A stretch of DNA of 64,000 nucleotides. It comes from Adineta vaga. Lineage: Eukaryota; Animalia; Rotifera. Shown here piece by piece: positions 1 to 12,242 of the stretch (within the stretch, counting starts at the first letter, position 1; each line of letters opens with the position of its first letter). The notes beneath the pieces were generated by a model. That model ran no database searches and was not told the origin of the DNA. It saw only the letters and a program-made list of their open reading frames with translations. The stretch covers positions 4,650,001-4,714,000 of the forward strand of contig CP075497.1 in the NCBI GenBank assembly GCA_021613535.1, read 5' to 3'. The translations under genes were made by a program, and so were the position numbers.

Positions 1-229
1 AAAATTTTTATATCGAATAGAAAATAGGTTAACTGTTGTCATAATCAAAACGGTAATTTTTTTACACAATATCAACGCTCCGAGAGTTTACTATTCTTTC
101 TTAATTTTTGTTTTTCTTCTTCGTGTTAAGATAACCTATAATCTTTCGCATACCATCATCATTTTCCAAGGTAAGATTTTAAACTTGAGATTTCAATAAA
201 AGAAATCTATCAAGTACAATTCTAGTACC

Positions 230-1516
230 ATGACAACTGAAAAAACTCACAATGAATCAAGTATAATTGATCGTCTCGCATTGAGTCGTGCTCAACATCT
301 GAAATCTCGCAATAATCGTCGAAAATCTATATCTGATGAAGAAGATGATGCCATATCTGATTGGTCAGAATCAGATCTTGAATGTAGTCCATTGAGTGAT
401 TTTGAATCGACATCAAATATCGATGGTACAACAGAATGTAATTATTATGATATACCATTTGATGATATCAATGATCAAATCGATGAAATCTTGCCGACAG
501 AATCTGATTTACTTGCGAATGGATTACGTTTAAGTGACACAGCTTTACCGGTAATCAATGATAGTACAACAAGTACTCGTATATCATTTTCAACTGATAT
601 AGACAGATTTAAACAACAAGAACAATCGTTGAATATCAACAATAAACAACCATCGACACAAATTCGAAAACCACCACAGACACCTTTATTACCTGCAAGA
701 CGAATTCAAACTAAACAAGTATCGCCACGTCGTTTAACAGCAAATTCTCATATTTTACCTCCATCAACTCATGTATCATATAATCGTAAAACGATAACAC
801 CAAGTCATTCACGTTTATATTTACGTCGTGGAACAGTATCAACTAATATGAGTACAAATACTCATTCAACAAAAGAATCAACTTCATCATCAAATAGTTC
901 TATTCAAAGTAATGATGAAAATCATCATCATCATCATCACCATCATCCTCCTCCTTCGCTCTCTACGCATCAAAGACATGTTACAGTTTCACCAAATTTT
1001 AGTCATACATCGACAAATAATAATAATGTTATTTCACGTATTTACGAAGTGAAAAAACTCTATGTTGATGATTATGATTATGGTCGTTTAAGTGATTTAA
1101 CGATGGTCAAAAGTGTTCCATCACGTAGTCGACAAAAATGGGGTACTATCGTTCATCCACCATTTCCATTAGGCTATCAACATATCCCACCTGAACAAGT
1201 CTCACAAACTGTTGAACGTCTTACAAGTCCCGTTCGACGTCGTGATCGACATACGCCTGTTCAAACACCATCAAAACGTTTTCTATCTGTTGAAGAAACA
1301 GATGCATTGGTAACACAATTATTCCGATTTATTCATCAAGTTGAAATTCAACTTTTTCTCTTTTTTGTTTTGTAGATAAGTCGATTAACTAAAGTCAAAC
1401 CAATTCGATCTCCCGATCAATATTGGCCGATTCATCAACAAACTCGTGCTGTAAAAAGTTTAAATAATACATTAAAAACAAGTAATAATTGGAAAGGTGT
1501 TGGCATATCAGCCTGA
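230..1516 (+). CDS. Uncharacterised Ser/Thr/His-rich protein, 2 coding exons (230-1309, 1376-1516), with a 5'UTR intron at ~171-224
   Basis: 381-aa ORF. A GT donor at 1310 and an AG at 1374-1375 join in frame to ISRLTKVKP...KGVGISA*. Contains a poly-His tract. No recognised domain. Confidence 0.75.
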
Positions 1517-1792
1517 ATGATTTCATTTCAATGTTGTTATTTTTTTTCTTGAACTTCAGGGTTTCCTATGCGTTGTGCTTTTTCTCGAAAAGAAATACAT
1601 TTTTTTTTCATTAGAATTCAACTAAAAAGAACTGAAATCGGTTTTGTGGCTTTACCATTTTAATTAAAACCCATGTATATAATCATTTTACTTTTCGTTT
1701 TTATTCGAACAAACACAATAACAAGAAAAGATGAAGATAACTAATCAATGTGTTTGTCGGTTGTTAGGGGTGTTATATATGTTTCCTTTTCT

Positions 1793-3221
1793 TTATTGTT
1801 TTTCATGAACAGCTTGTGCCATAAATAATTTCGCTAACCCTTGTGCTGCAAATTGTGTGATATTATCACATTGATTATTGATGTGAGAAGCATTGAGTAA
1901 TGCATTACGTCTTGATTGTGAATAACCTTTTGTCATACGATCGAAATCTTCTTCATTTCCATCATTGCGACGATTTGAATCACGTTGATTACGACGACTT
2001 TGTTGACGTTGAACTTGCTTTTGATAATTAGTATAACGCATTGCATCAGTGGCGAAATCATCAACACAATCAATTAATGTTCGAAGTTGACGTTCAAGAT
2101 TTCCGCTAGAACGAGAAAAAAACACATATACCAGTTTTGGAAAACAATTTCATATTATTTACCTTGTGCCTAAGTCAAGGAATGCGTTTGATTTTGAACT
2201 GAGTCTTGTTTGTTCATCAATTTCACAGAGAAGTGAATTGACTAAATGAGAATTTCTAAAGATAACTGGCAATTCTTCTAATAAACTTTCAAAATTCAAA
2301 TTAGCTTGACGTGCACTAAAAAGAAGAAAATAAATATTTTGATCATGAGTATGGAAATATAAAGTAGGTGATGAACTGAAGAATGTCAGGGTTTTCTTTT
2401 TACTAAAAAGCGTACACTATTAAGATACTTCAGTTTTATTCTTGAAATGAGTGTCGTTCACACTTTCGCTTCTTTATTTACTATCAATTCAAATGCATTT
2501 ATAATATTCTTTGAGATAGACTTACGTATCTGGTGAAAAATAATCTTCATTCTTTAGATTTTCAAGTGCAGCTGGTGTTAAACGAAAAGCTTTCAAACTA
2601 ATATAACCTTGCATAGCCAATGCTTGATCTACATATAATACAAACAAAAAGAAAAGCAAGTTAAGACGAGCATTCTGTTCAATATGTATCACTAACCATA
2701 AACAAGTGCAATAGATTCTTCAACACCGGATAATTGATAAGGTACCATTGATTGCGCAAGTGATCGATTAAAACTACTATCATAAAATCCCACCTGTAAA
2801 TAATCTGAATTGACTCGACGTAAATTTCGTATAATATCCGTTTGATATTGTTCGAAGTCTAGATAAAATTATTGTATATGTATTTATTTTTGTTTAAAAA
2901 AAGGTTTCGTTTTTACCAAGATCAAGATTTTCTGGTTTGTTTTGATTTGGAAATGGAAAACAATTGGTCACTTCAAGTGTAGAATCCTTAACCAAACCAA
3001 GAAGACCACCTTGTGCAGCATCCGTTGTTTCTTCATGTGCATGTTTAATGATTTTTAAGATGACCTATTGAAAAACATATTTACAATTCATATTAAAAAT
3101 CAATGATTTTTTTCTATACCATTGCATCGACATAAACATCTTTTACTGGATTTGATGTCGATGTCAGTGCAGCTGAACCAACTTTTGACGAATAATTCAT
3201 TTGTGAGCTGTTCGATGCCAT
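1793..3221 (-). CDS. EIF3H: Eukaryotic translation initiation factor 3 subunit H (MPN domain), multi-exon
   Basis: Spliced product MASNSSQ...VKDVYVDAM|[12 protein letters not shown]...[22 protein letters not shown]...ESIALVYD...KAFRLT...[24 protein letters not shown] matches eIF3h motifs. Confidence 0.92.
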
Positions 3222-3479
3222 TCTTTCTAATTGAAAAAGAAAATCTAAAAAGAAAATTAAGTAATACCATCCTTTTCTTGCATTCGACGAATAGAGGCAA
3301 ATAAAATAAATATCACTGCTCTTCTTCTTGATCGTCTTTTTCTAGCGACACAATCAATTCGATTTATATAGAAACACTAGCGCTGAGAGCAAATCAACCA
3401 TCGATTAGTTAGGAAAAAAATCAAACATAAAAAGAAACAAACGTTGTTTTGTCTATTGATCTATTTTGCTGTCAAAACG

Positions 3480-6278
3480 ATGAATACTCAACATCTTCGG
3501 GATCAATATGTTCAACGACGATATCGAACGAATAATAATACTAATGCAAATTGTCAACGTCCTGATAAAAGACCTACAAAAGAAACACCTGAACAAGTAT
3601 TAAACGATCAATAGTTTACAAAAAAATAAAAAATAAATAAATGATTTTTATTTTGTTCAGATTATATGCGATCTTGTTCATCAATTTAATAACTATTGTG
3701 GTACTTTGCATAGTACACCAATGTATGATTTCGATTTAGATGAAGAAAAAAATCATCGTTGTAAGGTAGATTGATAGTTAATCATTGAAAAACAAATTCT
3801 TGTTTACTACTGATTTCTGTTATTTAATTAGATGACATTATCGATATTTCCTAATTTACAATCAATTGGTAACGGTGGTAAGACAAAAACTGAAGCAAAA
3901 GCTAATTCAATTATTGCATTTCTTGCTCATTTGGAAAAACGTAAACAAGTGGGATTATTTGTACCCTATGTGGTAAAGATCAATCTTTAATTTATTCACT
4001 TAAGAGAATGAGAGAATAGTTCTAATTTTCATTTGGATTAGATAAACGAATAATTGTAATTGATCAGAGATTGTCTGGTTTTTTTTGAATAAGTTTAAGA
4101 GGATCTGATTTAATCTATTTTTGATGATATTTCTTCAGAATCCAGCTTTATATCGTAATATTCAAGTTGAATTACGACGAGCATCTACGGCAACACCAGG
4201 TTTATTTCTATTTCTATATTTTTTTGCATTACACATCGACGTTCTATTATATTCAGATTTAACTATAAACGCAAACGAATATGCAATAGCCGATCGAATG
4301 ATATCGACACGTCAAGCAAAAAAAGACGAAAAACTTCTTTACATCATTCAACGAATCTGTGGTGCTCGTGTTGTAACATGTAGGTTTTGAAAGAGAGAGT
4401 AACACAATCATTCTTTAATAACGATTTCATTTTTTCAGTAAGTCAATCATCGAACATGACATTTATCTATTTCATTGGACCTAAATCAAAAGAACAATTA
4501 ATTCAAGTAAAACAAAAGAATAATTTCAGGAATAAAATCATTTTCTAAGTTGAGTTTTGTAGCCTTATGTAAAAGCATTATTTCAACCTGAAAGTGAACA
4601 AATGTTTAATTATGGTGAAAAATTATTTGATATATTTAGTGATGATAAATTTCTTGATAGTATTTGTCAACGTTTAAAAGTTCTATGTGATAATCATCTG
4701 GAAAAATGTAAATTATTTATTCGCGGAAGGTAAATTTCCAAACGAATCTTATTTTATTGATTAAAGTTTACTAAAACTTTCAGTTCTGTAAATGTTCAAT
4801 GTTGTTACAATGAATTTGTTACTTTACGTCGTGAATTCGAAAATGAATATCATCGACGTCGAAAAAATTCATGTTCAACATCAACTATATCTTTAAAACC
4901 ACATGAGATATTTGCTACGACTCAACTACTCGAATCAACACGTATTAATAACGAAGAAAAAGTACCTGTTGAAGAAGAAAAAACAGCTGATGTGGAAGAA
5001 AAAGCAACTGATGGAGAAGAGAAAGACAATAATCAATTACCAGATTATTCAATGTATAATGATGATGTTAATGCATCAATGTTGAAAGTACTACGACATG
5101 AAGAAGATTCAGAAGAACAAGCAATAAGTGAAGATGTAATCAAGTTTTTTTTTGAAATAACAAAAGTTTTCAATAGTATTGTTTAGACAACAATAACAAC
5201 AACAACGACAGCTTCTCCGATAGTTATCGAAGTTTCAGATGATTCATCAGAAAGTACAGATTTACAAGTCGTACAAACGATTCAACCTTCCACGCAAAAG
5301 AAACCAGTTCAAGTACAGCCACCCATTCAGTATGATTTTTCTCTCATTTATTCCTTTTTCATTTTTGTTTTTTCCCTAGAATTGAAACTACAACGCGACA
5401 AATCGCTGAGTAAAGTTCTCCTTTTTTGTATCTGTCTGTTTACGATTTTGAAACTATTCTTAGACCTCAAACTATTTGTCAAATTCCTCAATTACCACCA
5501 CCACCACCACCGTCATCAATAATAACATCTCAAACGAAAATTTTTCGTCATATTGTTTTAGATGGACAAAATATTGGTCGAAAGTAAATTTCTCACTTCA
5601 TTTCTATTCGATTCTAAATAATTTTTCATGATCTTGTTTCTTTTTATTAGTTCAAATGATTATCATCGTACATTTTCTTGGTCTCGTTTATGGAATGCAA
5701 TTAATTATTTCAAAAACCGAGGTCATGAAAATATTGTTGCTTTTCTACCTCTATGTATATTTAGTTTCTTAATGAATTTTCTGAAATAATTCAATTTGTT
5801 TTCGTAGATTATCGAGATTGTTCAAATAAAAACCTTCCGCCAATTGATGCCAATCGTGAACGCCAATTTCGTGATACGTTAATCAATTCACGTTATATTG
5901 CATTTACACCATCACGATATAACAATGGACAACGTTTAACAAATTATGATGATCGGTAAAATTATCATCGAATATAGAAAAATATCATAACTCTTCTTCT
6001 TCTTCTTTCTAATCTTTAATAGCTTTATTTTACAATATGCTTCTGATAACGATGGAATCGTTGTCAGTAATGATAATTTTCGTGATCTTCAACATGAAAC
6101 AGCTTTTCAATATGTGATAAACAATCGGTATAGAAATCTTTTCAATTTCATTCTTGATCGTTTTTCTTCTAGAATTTTACCGTTCGCAACGATCAATGAT
6201 ACATTTATGCCTGCTACAGATCCACTCGGTCGTAACGGTCCACATCTTGATCAATTCCTTATTAAAACAAATCTGTGA
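3480..6278 (+). CDS. N4BP1/KHNYN-family ribonuclease: dsRBD-like + di-KH-like + Zc3h12a-type NYN/PIN RNase, many exons
   Basis: C-terminal exons read RHIVLDGQNIG...YFKNRGH...FTPSR...NYDDRFILQYA...GIVVSNDNFRDL...ILPFATINDTFMPATDPLGRNGPHLDQFL (Regnase/N4BP1 NYN). The middle region YVKALFQPE...FLDSICQ...LFIRGS resembles the N4BP1 KH region. Exons 2-3 are dsRBD-like. Confidence 0.85.
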
Positions 6279-6486
6279 CGATAGATATTGTTCTTTCAAA
6301 AACAAAATAACTAATGTATATTTTTTGTTACTTTCTTTTTTCTATATTAAATAATTCTCTTGTCTTGTGATTATTCGTTTCTTTTCCTTTTATATTGATT
6401 AAAGACCATCAAATAAAGATTTTTTCATGTGAAATAACAATTCTAAGTTATGCTTTCTTTCGTCTTCTTCTAGAAAATTGATCATC

Positions 6487-8554
6487 ATGTCTGATATAAG
6501 TAAATGGGAAATTGCTGATAGTCTTCGGCAACGTGCACGTGAAGATTTTTTTGGTTTATTAAAAAGTATTGATGGTGTTAAAGATCTTTTTATTGATGCT
6601 GATCTTTTTCCCTTAATTGATTTAACATCAACAGCAAGTGAAATTCGACAGCATGGTGTTGGAAATTTACATAAATTAGATGCTGCATTAAATGTTCAAA
6701 CAAAAAATAAACGTCTTTTCTTATTACGACCAAATATGGTTCGATTTTTAACATTAGCAAAACAATTACGACAATTAGATATTCGTAATGCACATGTTAT
6801 TTGTGTTCCAAGAAAGTTCTATGCATTTGAACATTTATTAGAACAAGAAGGTCTTTGGGGTCGATGTACTCTTCATGAATTAACATCATTTGATATGGTC
6901 GCAGTTGATTATGATTTATTTTCTATGGTAAATTCACATTTATATTTGAATATTTATTTGGATCATTCAACGGATTGGTTATCAACATTAGCAGCTTCTC
7001 TAATCGATTTTCAAAAATTATTTGGCAAGTTTTCGAAAACACTTGCATTTGGAAAATTAGCTGGACAAGTTTTGAGACAATTGGAACGAGGAGAAAGGTA
7101 AAAAGGATACGAGATAAATAGAAATTCATTCGTAGTTATTTTTATTTTAGTGCACTGAATAATCAAGATTATTCAGGTGGAAAAAATATTCAAACGGTTG
7201 TCTTATTCGATCGTAGTGTTGATTTAGTTACACCATTCTGTTCTCAAATGTGTTATGAAGGTTTACTTGATGAATATTTTAATATTGAAGGTGGTCGAAT
7301 GAAAATTCCGAAAGCTGCCAGTGCAGATAATGCTGCTCCACAACAAGAATTAGTTCTACTATCTTCTCGAGATGATACAATTATCGAAGGCATTCGTGCC
7401 ATGCATTTTTCTAAAGTTGCTCAAGAGATAAAAGGTTAAATAACAATGAGTGAATATTTTGAATTCTATCCTTTGAATTCTTTTTTTAGCTCGTTTAGCA
7501 CGAGAAAATGTTCTACAAAATGATTTTCGTGATAAAGTTAAAGATGCAACGATCAGTGATTTAAAAAATCTTGTTAATAATGATGTTAAAGGACATATTA
7601 ATGTTAAAAAACAATTAACACGTCATTTAGATTTATGTGCGGATATCTATGAGAAGAAAAAAGCAAGTGATTTTAAAATTCAACTTGAAATGGAAGCTGA
7701 TATATTACATTCCGAAAATTTCGATGACATTGTTTCATATATTCATACGATGATATGTCGCTGTGAATCAAATCAATATCGTCCATTACAATTACTTTGC
7801 TTATTATGTACAGCAAATAATGGTTTATCACGTGAACATTATGAATTACTTTGTCGATCATATCTTCAAGCATATGGTTATGAAAATATTCCATTACTTT
7901 ATAAATTAGAACAATTAAAGTTGTTTTATGTGAAAAGAACATGTGATGTACCAGTATCAACGAATTCTACAAGTACAGGTGGTTCACGTGGTGAAGCGTT
8001 TTTCAAAAGAGGAATACAAGCTGCGCAAAATTTAACAGATAAAGCACAAACACAAAAGACATTTTTTCAATTTATGAGAAAAAGATTAAATTTAACACCA
8101 GATTTAAATCAGCAAGTTAAAACAACACCAGGTCCAGATATGGTACGATCAAATTACATCTTTATTTTGTTCTTAATAAACACTAATCTTTGCTTTTTCT
8201 TAGGCAGATGTATTTGATTCAATTTATGTTCCACTATCATGTCGATTAATCGAAGAAGGTCTTATCAATGATGGTAAATTATCATTATTTCAACATGAAC
8301 TTATACAACGTGGTTATCCAGGTGCGGAAGATCTTTTTCATCAACGTTCATCTGGTGCATCTACACGTTCTCAATTTCATGATAATCAACAATCAGTTCT
8401 AATCGTATTCATCGGTGGTTGTACACAATCCGAAATCAATGCACTTCGAATGTTAGCAATGAGTAAAAGTAATGTGAAATTACGATTCTATTTTGCTCCA
8501 ACAAGTGTATGGACACATACGAAATTATTAAAAGAAATTGAAGTATCACAGTGA
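6487..8554 (+). CDS. VPS33B: Sec1/Munc18-family vacuolar protein sorting 33 (VPS33B-like), 4 exons
   Basis: KDLFIDADL, LFDRSVDLVTPFCSQMCYEGLLDE, PLQLLCLLC...NGL...YLQAYGYE and IVFIGGCTQSEINALR are VPS33 motifs. DLFIxADL favours the B paralog. Confidence 0.88.
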
Positions 8555-8898
8555 TTTAAATAACTTTTCGCAACAAAAGAATATTCCTGTGTTTATCTTT
8601 TTGTCACTTTAATTTAGCAATATTACACACATGTATTTGATCTTTCGTTTTGCTTTTTGTATGTTCAGCTAAACAGAATTTTCATCGAGATTTTTATAAT
8701 TTTTTTTAAACAGTATGTCTTGTATCGTCCATCGTTTATCTATTCAAATTTTTCAGTATTTCAATAAAGTCAAGATATAATATAAAACTAGATGATTTTC
8801 ACTGACCTCTACCGATACATCGTTGACCTCTCTCTTGAATGTCATTATCATTAAGAGAATCTTGTCTTGACCGTTATTAATCAATAAAAAAACATAAA

Positions 8899-10073
8899 AT
8901 GAGTCGTTCTAATCCGAATTCTGTACAAAATACAGGCCCATCATTATTTCCTTTGGGTCTTCTCATGTATGACTTACCATCATCAAGACGAACAACATCT
9001 CGAACAACAACGAATACAGAATCTGTAGCAAGTCGACAGACACCATTACCAAGAAAACAATCTTCATCACCTATTCCACCGGTATGTTTAACACTATGTT
9101 TTTAGTGACATACCAAATTAAAATTACTTATTCATCAAAATCTATGTTTAGTCTTCATCGTCTGCTTCATCAATAGCTGACGATGATGACAATTTATCTA
9201 TTGAGAATGAATCTGAAAAGAAAAACTTAACAACCACCGAAGATTGGTGGCGTCAAGGTTTGTTTTCTTACTTTCTATGAAATCTTTCTAAATAATAGTT
9301 TTAGCAATCGAACCGATTCCATCGAAAACAATCTCAACATCTCATTCGGCATTCAGTATGATTGATGATGATGATGATATTTCAAATGATACAAATCAAT
9401 TATTTTCTCTTTTACCATCTTTTAATTCGACGGAAAAAATCATTGTTCATAATCAATCATTAATAAATCTAACTCAAATCTATACAGATAAAGCAAAAGA
9501 TTATGTCACACAATGGTATAAAAATCATTCAATACCAAATTTAACTATTCTAATCAAACGTGGTTTGTTGAAAATTCATAAAGAAAGATCCATTCGAATG
9601 GTAATTACTAATGTAAGTGAATAATCGTTGCAAAAGAAAACACGACATGTTATTGTTTTTTTCTCATCTGAAGAAAAAAGATATCTTTGGACAACTTGAC
9701 AAAAACGGTCAAATCTTATCGAACTTTGATAATCGACTATTCGATTCAATTGAAAATTTCTATCAAGCATATCAATCACGTCGTAAACGAAATGAAAATT
9801 TAGCAATGATTTATGAATCTGTACATTGGTATGATCGATCTTTTCATGATATATTACTTGAATATGCTGAAACTATGTAAATTGTTTTACTTCTTATAAT
9901 TGTCTATTTGATTTATTTCTATATAATTTAGCGTGAAAATTCCCGGTATGAAAACTCGATTAATTGCAGAGAATGAACTTTTACCTGTGAATAGTCCTAT
10001 TGATGTTTTATCAAAAGAAATGCTTTGTCAAATCAATTGTTGGAATGATGATCGAAATGAAATTGAATTATAA
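8899..10073 (+). CDS. Small protein with a disordered N-terminus and a probable RAMA domain (ANKRD31/MPND-like), 5 exons
   Basis: ORFs at 8899, 9358 and 9617 are joined by short GT-AG introns. Spliced segment NLTILIKRGLL...KKDIFGQLDKNGQI...FDSIENF...IYESVHW follows the RAMA pattern. Last exon reads ...TRLIAENELLP...EIEL*. Confidence 0.6.
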
Positions 10074-11136
10074 ATGAAATAAACTTTATATATTCATTTC
10101 AGACATTTCTTTGTTTTTAATATATCAATTTACTCATTCACATTCGAATAGTTGTTTGAAAATTAAATTCAAATATTGAAATTAAAAAAAGAAAAAGAAA
10201 AAGAAAAGATTTGGTTATCGGATTACTTCTTCTTTGATTACCAATTTTCTCATATTTGTTTATGACGAAGAAGAAAGGATGTGGGTGGAGATATTCTTTA
10301 GTGTGAAAAAAAACATTCATTTTTTTTCATTTAGAACTATTATTTTGAACATTTCCGATATGAAATCTCGAGATATTCTGTTGCTAACAACAAAAATTAT
10401 ATAGTAACATAAATACAAGTAGGTAGCTTTTGACAAAACTAACGAGTGCTATCTCTATTGTTGCTCAGCGACGAATATGAGCTTGTTAGTGTTATTACAA
10501 AAAGAATAGAGGCAGAGAAAAAAAGAGGAATCTGGTAACGACGTGAATACACTTTTCTGCTTATGAACATATTATCGATAGAAGGTCTAACAGACGAAGA
10601 AAATTCTCGTTTCTCTTTTTTTTTCTTCTTCTTCCATCGTAACCGAGAGATAATGTCGTTGAGTATAGTGAAGACAGAAGAAAAAATTCATATTAGAATT
10701 GAAAAGCATTCTTCTTGTAAGTTTTTTATTCACGTTATTGTCGTATTTCTTTAATATCACATCAGTAGCTTTTTAATAACAGTAAAACGCATAAATATCG
10801 AGTAAGTTATTTACATGAAATAGATTGCTTAGAGACGAATAGAAAAAAAACAAAGTAGAATAAAAATATTTATTTATCATGAAATGAGAATCTTTACTTA
10901 AAAAGTTGTTAGTTTTAAAGCCGAGTAAGTAGTCTAGCTGAATGTTCATGTTACATTGTATTGTTTTAAGTGAAAAAGAAAAGAATTTCGAAGTAGACTT
11001 CTTCTCTTTTTTCTTCCTCTTTTTGAACGATTGAATAGTATTAGTGATGAACGCTCAAAGAAAAGGAAATCAATGCTTCTATCGAGAATAGAATGTCGCG
11101 ATGTAAATGTTTACATAAGAAATCAAAAATACTTGA

Positions 11137-12126
11137 TTAAGTATGAGATGTAGTAGGGTGAAATGTACTATATGGAATTTGTGAGGCAATGAGTAATGCT
11201 TGTTCATTAAGAATTGATTTCCATTGTTTTTTAGATGTACTTTTTTGTGAAAATTTATTGATTGTTTGATCAATATTTATACCGAGAGATTGAGATATAT
11301 GTTGAATACTATGTGTAGTACGAGTAAGATTGATATTATCAGCAATAAGATAAGATTGAGACCATGGAATAATTCCTTGTATAGTTGAGTAACAAGTTGG
11401 ATCAATATAGATCGAGTAGATTGTTTTATGTTGAGAATGTAGTTTATTCAAAGATAGGATTAGAGTATTGATAGAATTGAAGATATGAATATGTTCATTG
11501 TTTATGATTAGTTTTTGTAATTGTTCGATAGTCATAGATGAAAGAGATTTTTTATGCTTTGTTGTTCGAAGAAAATTCAGAAGCGATTGTTGATCATTCC
11601 ACTTAAGTAAAACATATTGCTCTTCAACATAGTTCACTTGTGAAGTGTTCATTTGATCAGTAGATGTAAAATCGATCGTATCTGAATCAAAATTGACATG
11701 ACGTTCATGAAGAGAAGTTTTTGAGTATTGTTTTGATATCCTATCTTTAAATTAAGAATCTTCTATTTAGTTTCTATATTAAAAAAAAACATGTCAAAAG
11801 ATACTTGTGGAATCTACTTGTTCTTTCAAGTTCAACCACCAATATCCCAAACCATTTTTACATGAACATTTAGTGAGATGTAAATAACATTTTAAACAAT
11901 ACATTGGTGGATTATTGATAGAAGATTTTTCTAACTGAAAATATTTTGATTGAAATTGTTCATCTGCTTCAGTTGTTTTTTTATGATTCGATATAGCTTT
12001 ATTGAAACTAGAAGTAGATATATATGTCATATTATAAGATATTTGATATTTCTTTCGAATGAGTTGTTGTTCTTTTAACCATCGTTTACGATTTCGATGA
12101 ATATCTTTATAATCTTGATATGCCAT
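11137..12126 (-). CDS. Uncharacterised protein, probably 2 exons, with a CxxC-x6-CxC motif
   Basis: Two ORFs (110 and 171 aa) can be joined by a short intron at ~11745-11805. Contains YCLKCYLHLTKCSC. No recognised family. Confidence 0.5.
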
Positions 12127-12242
12127 GTTTGTTTATTTGTATATATTGTCTTGTCTAATTAATTAGATTACACTAAGAAATCAATGTTTCTATTTTAGTT
12201 GTTTCGATAGAATTTCATAGAAGAAGAAAAACAACAAAGAGA

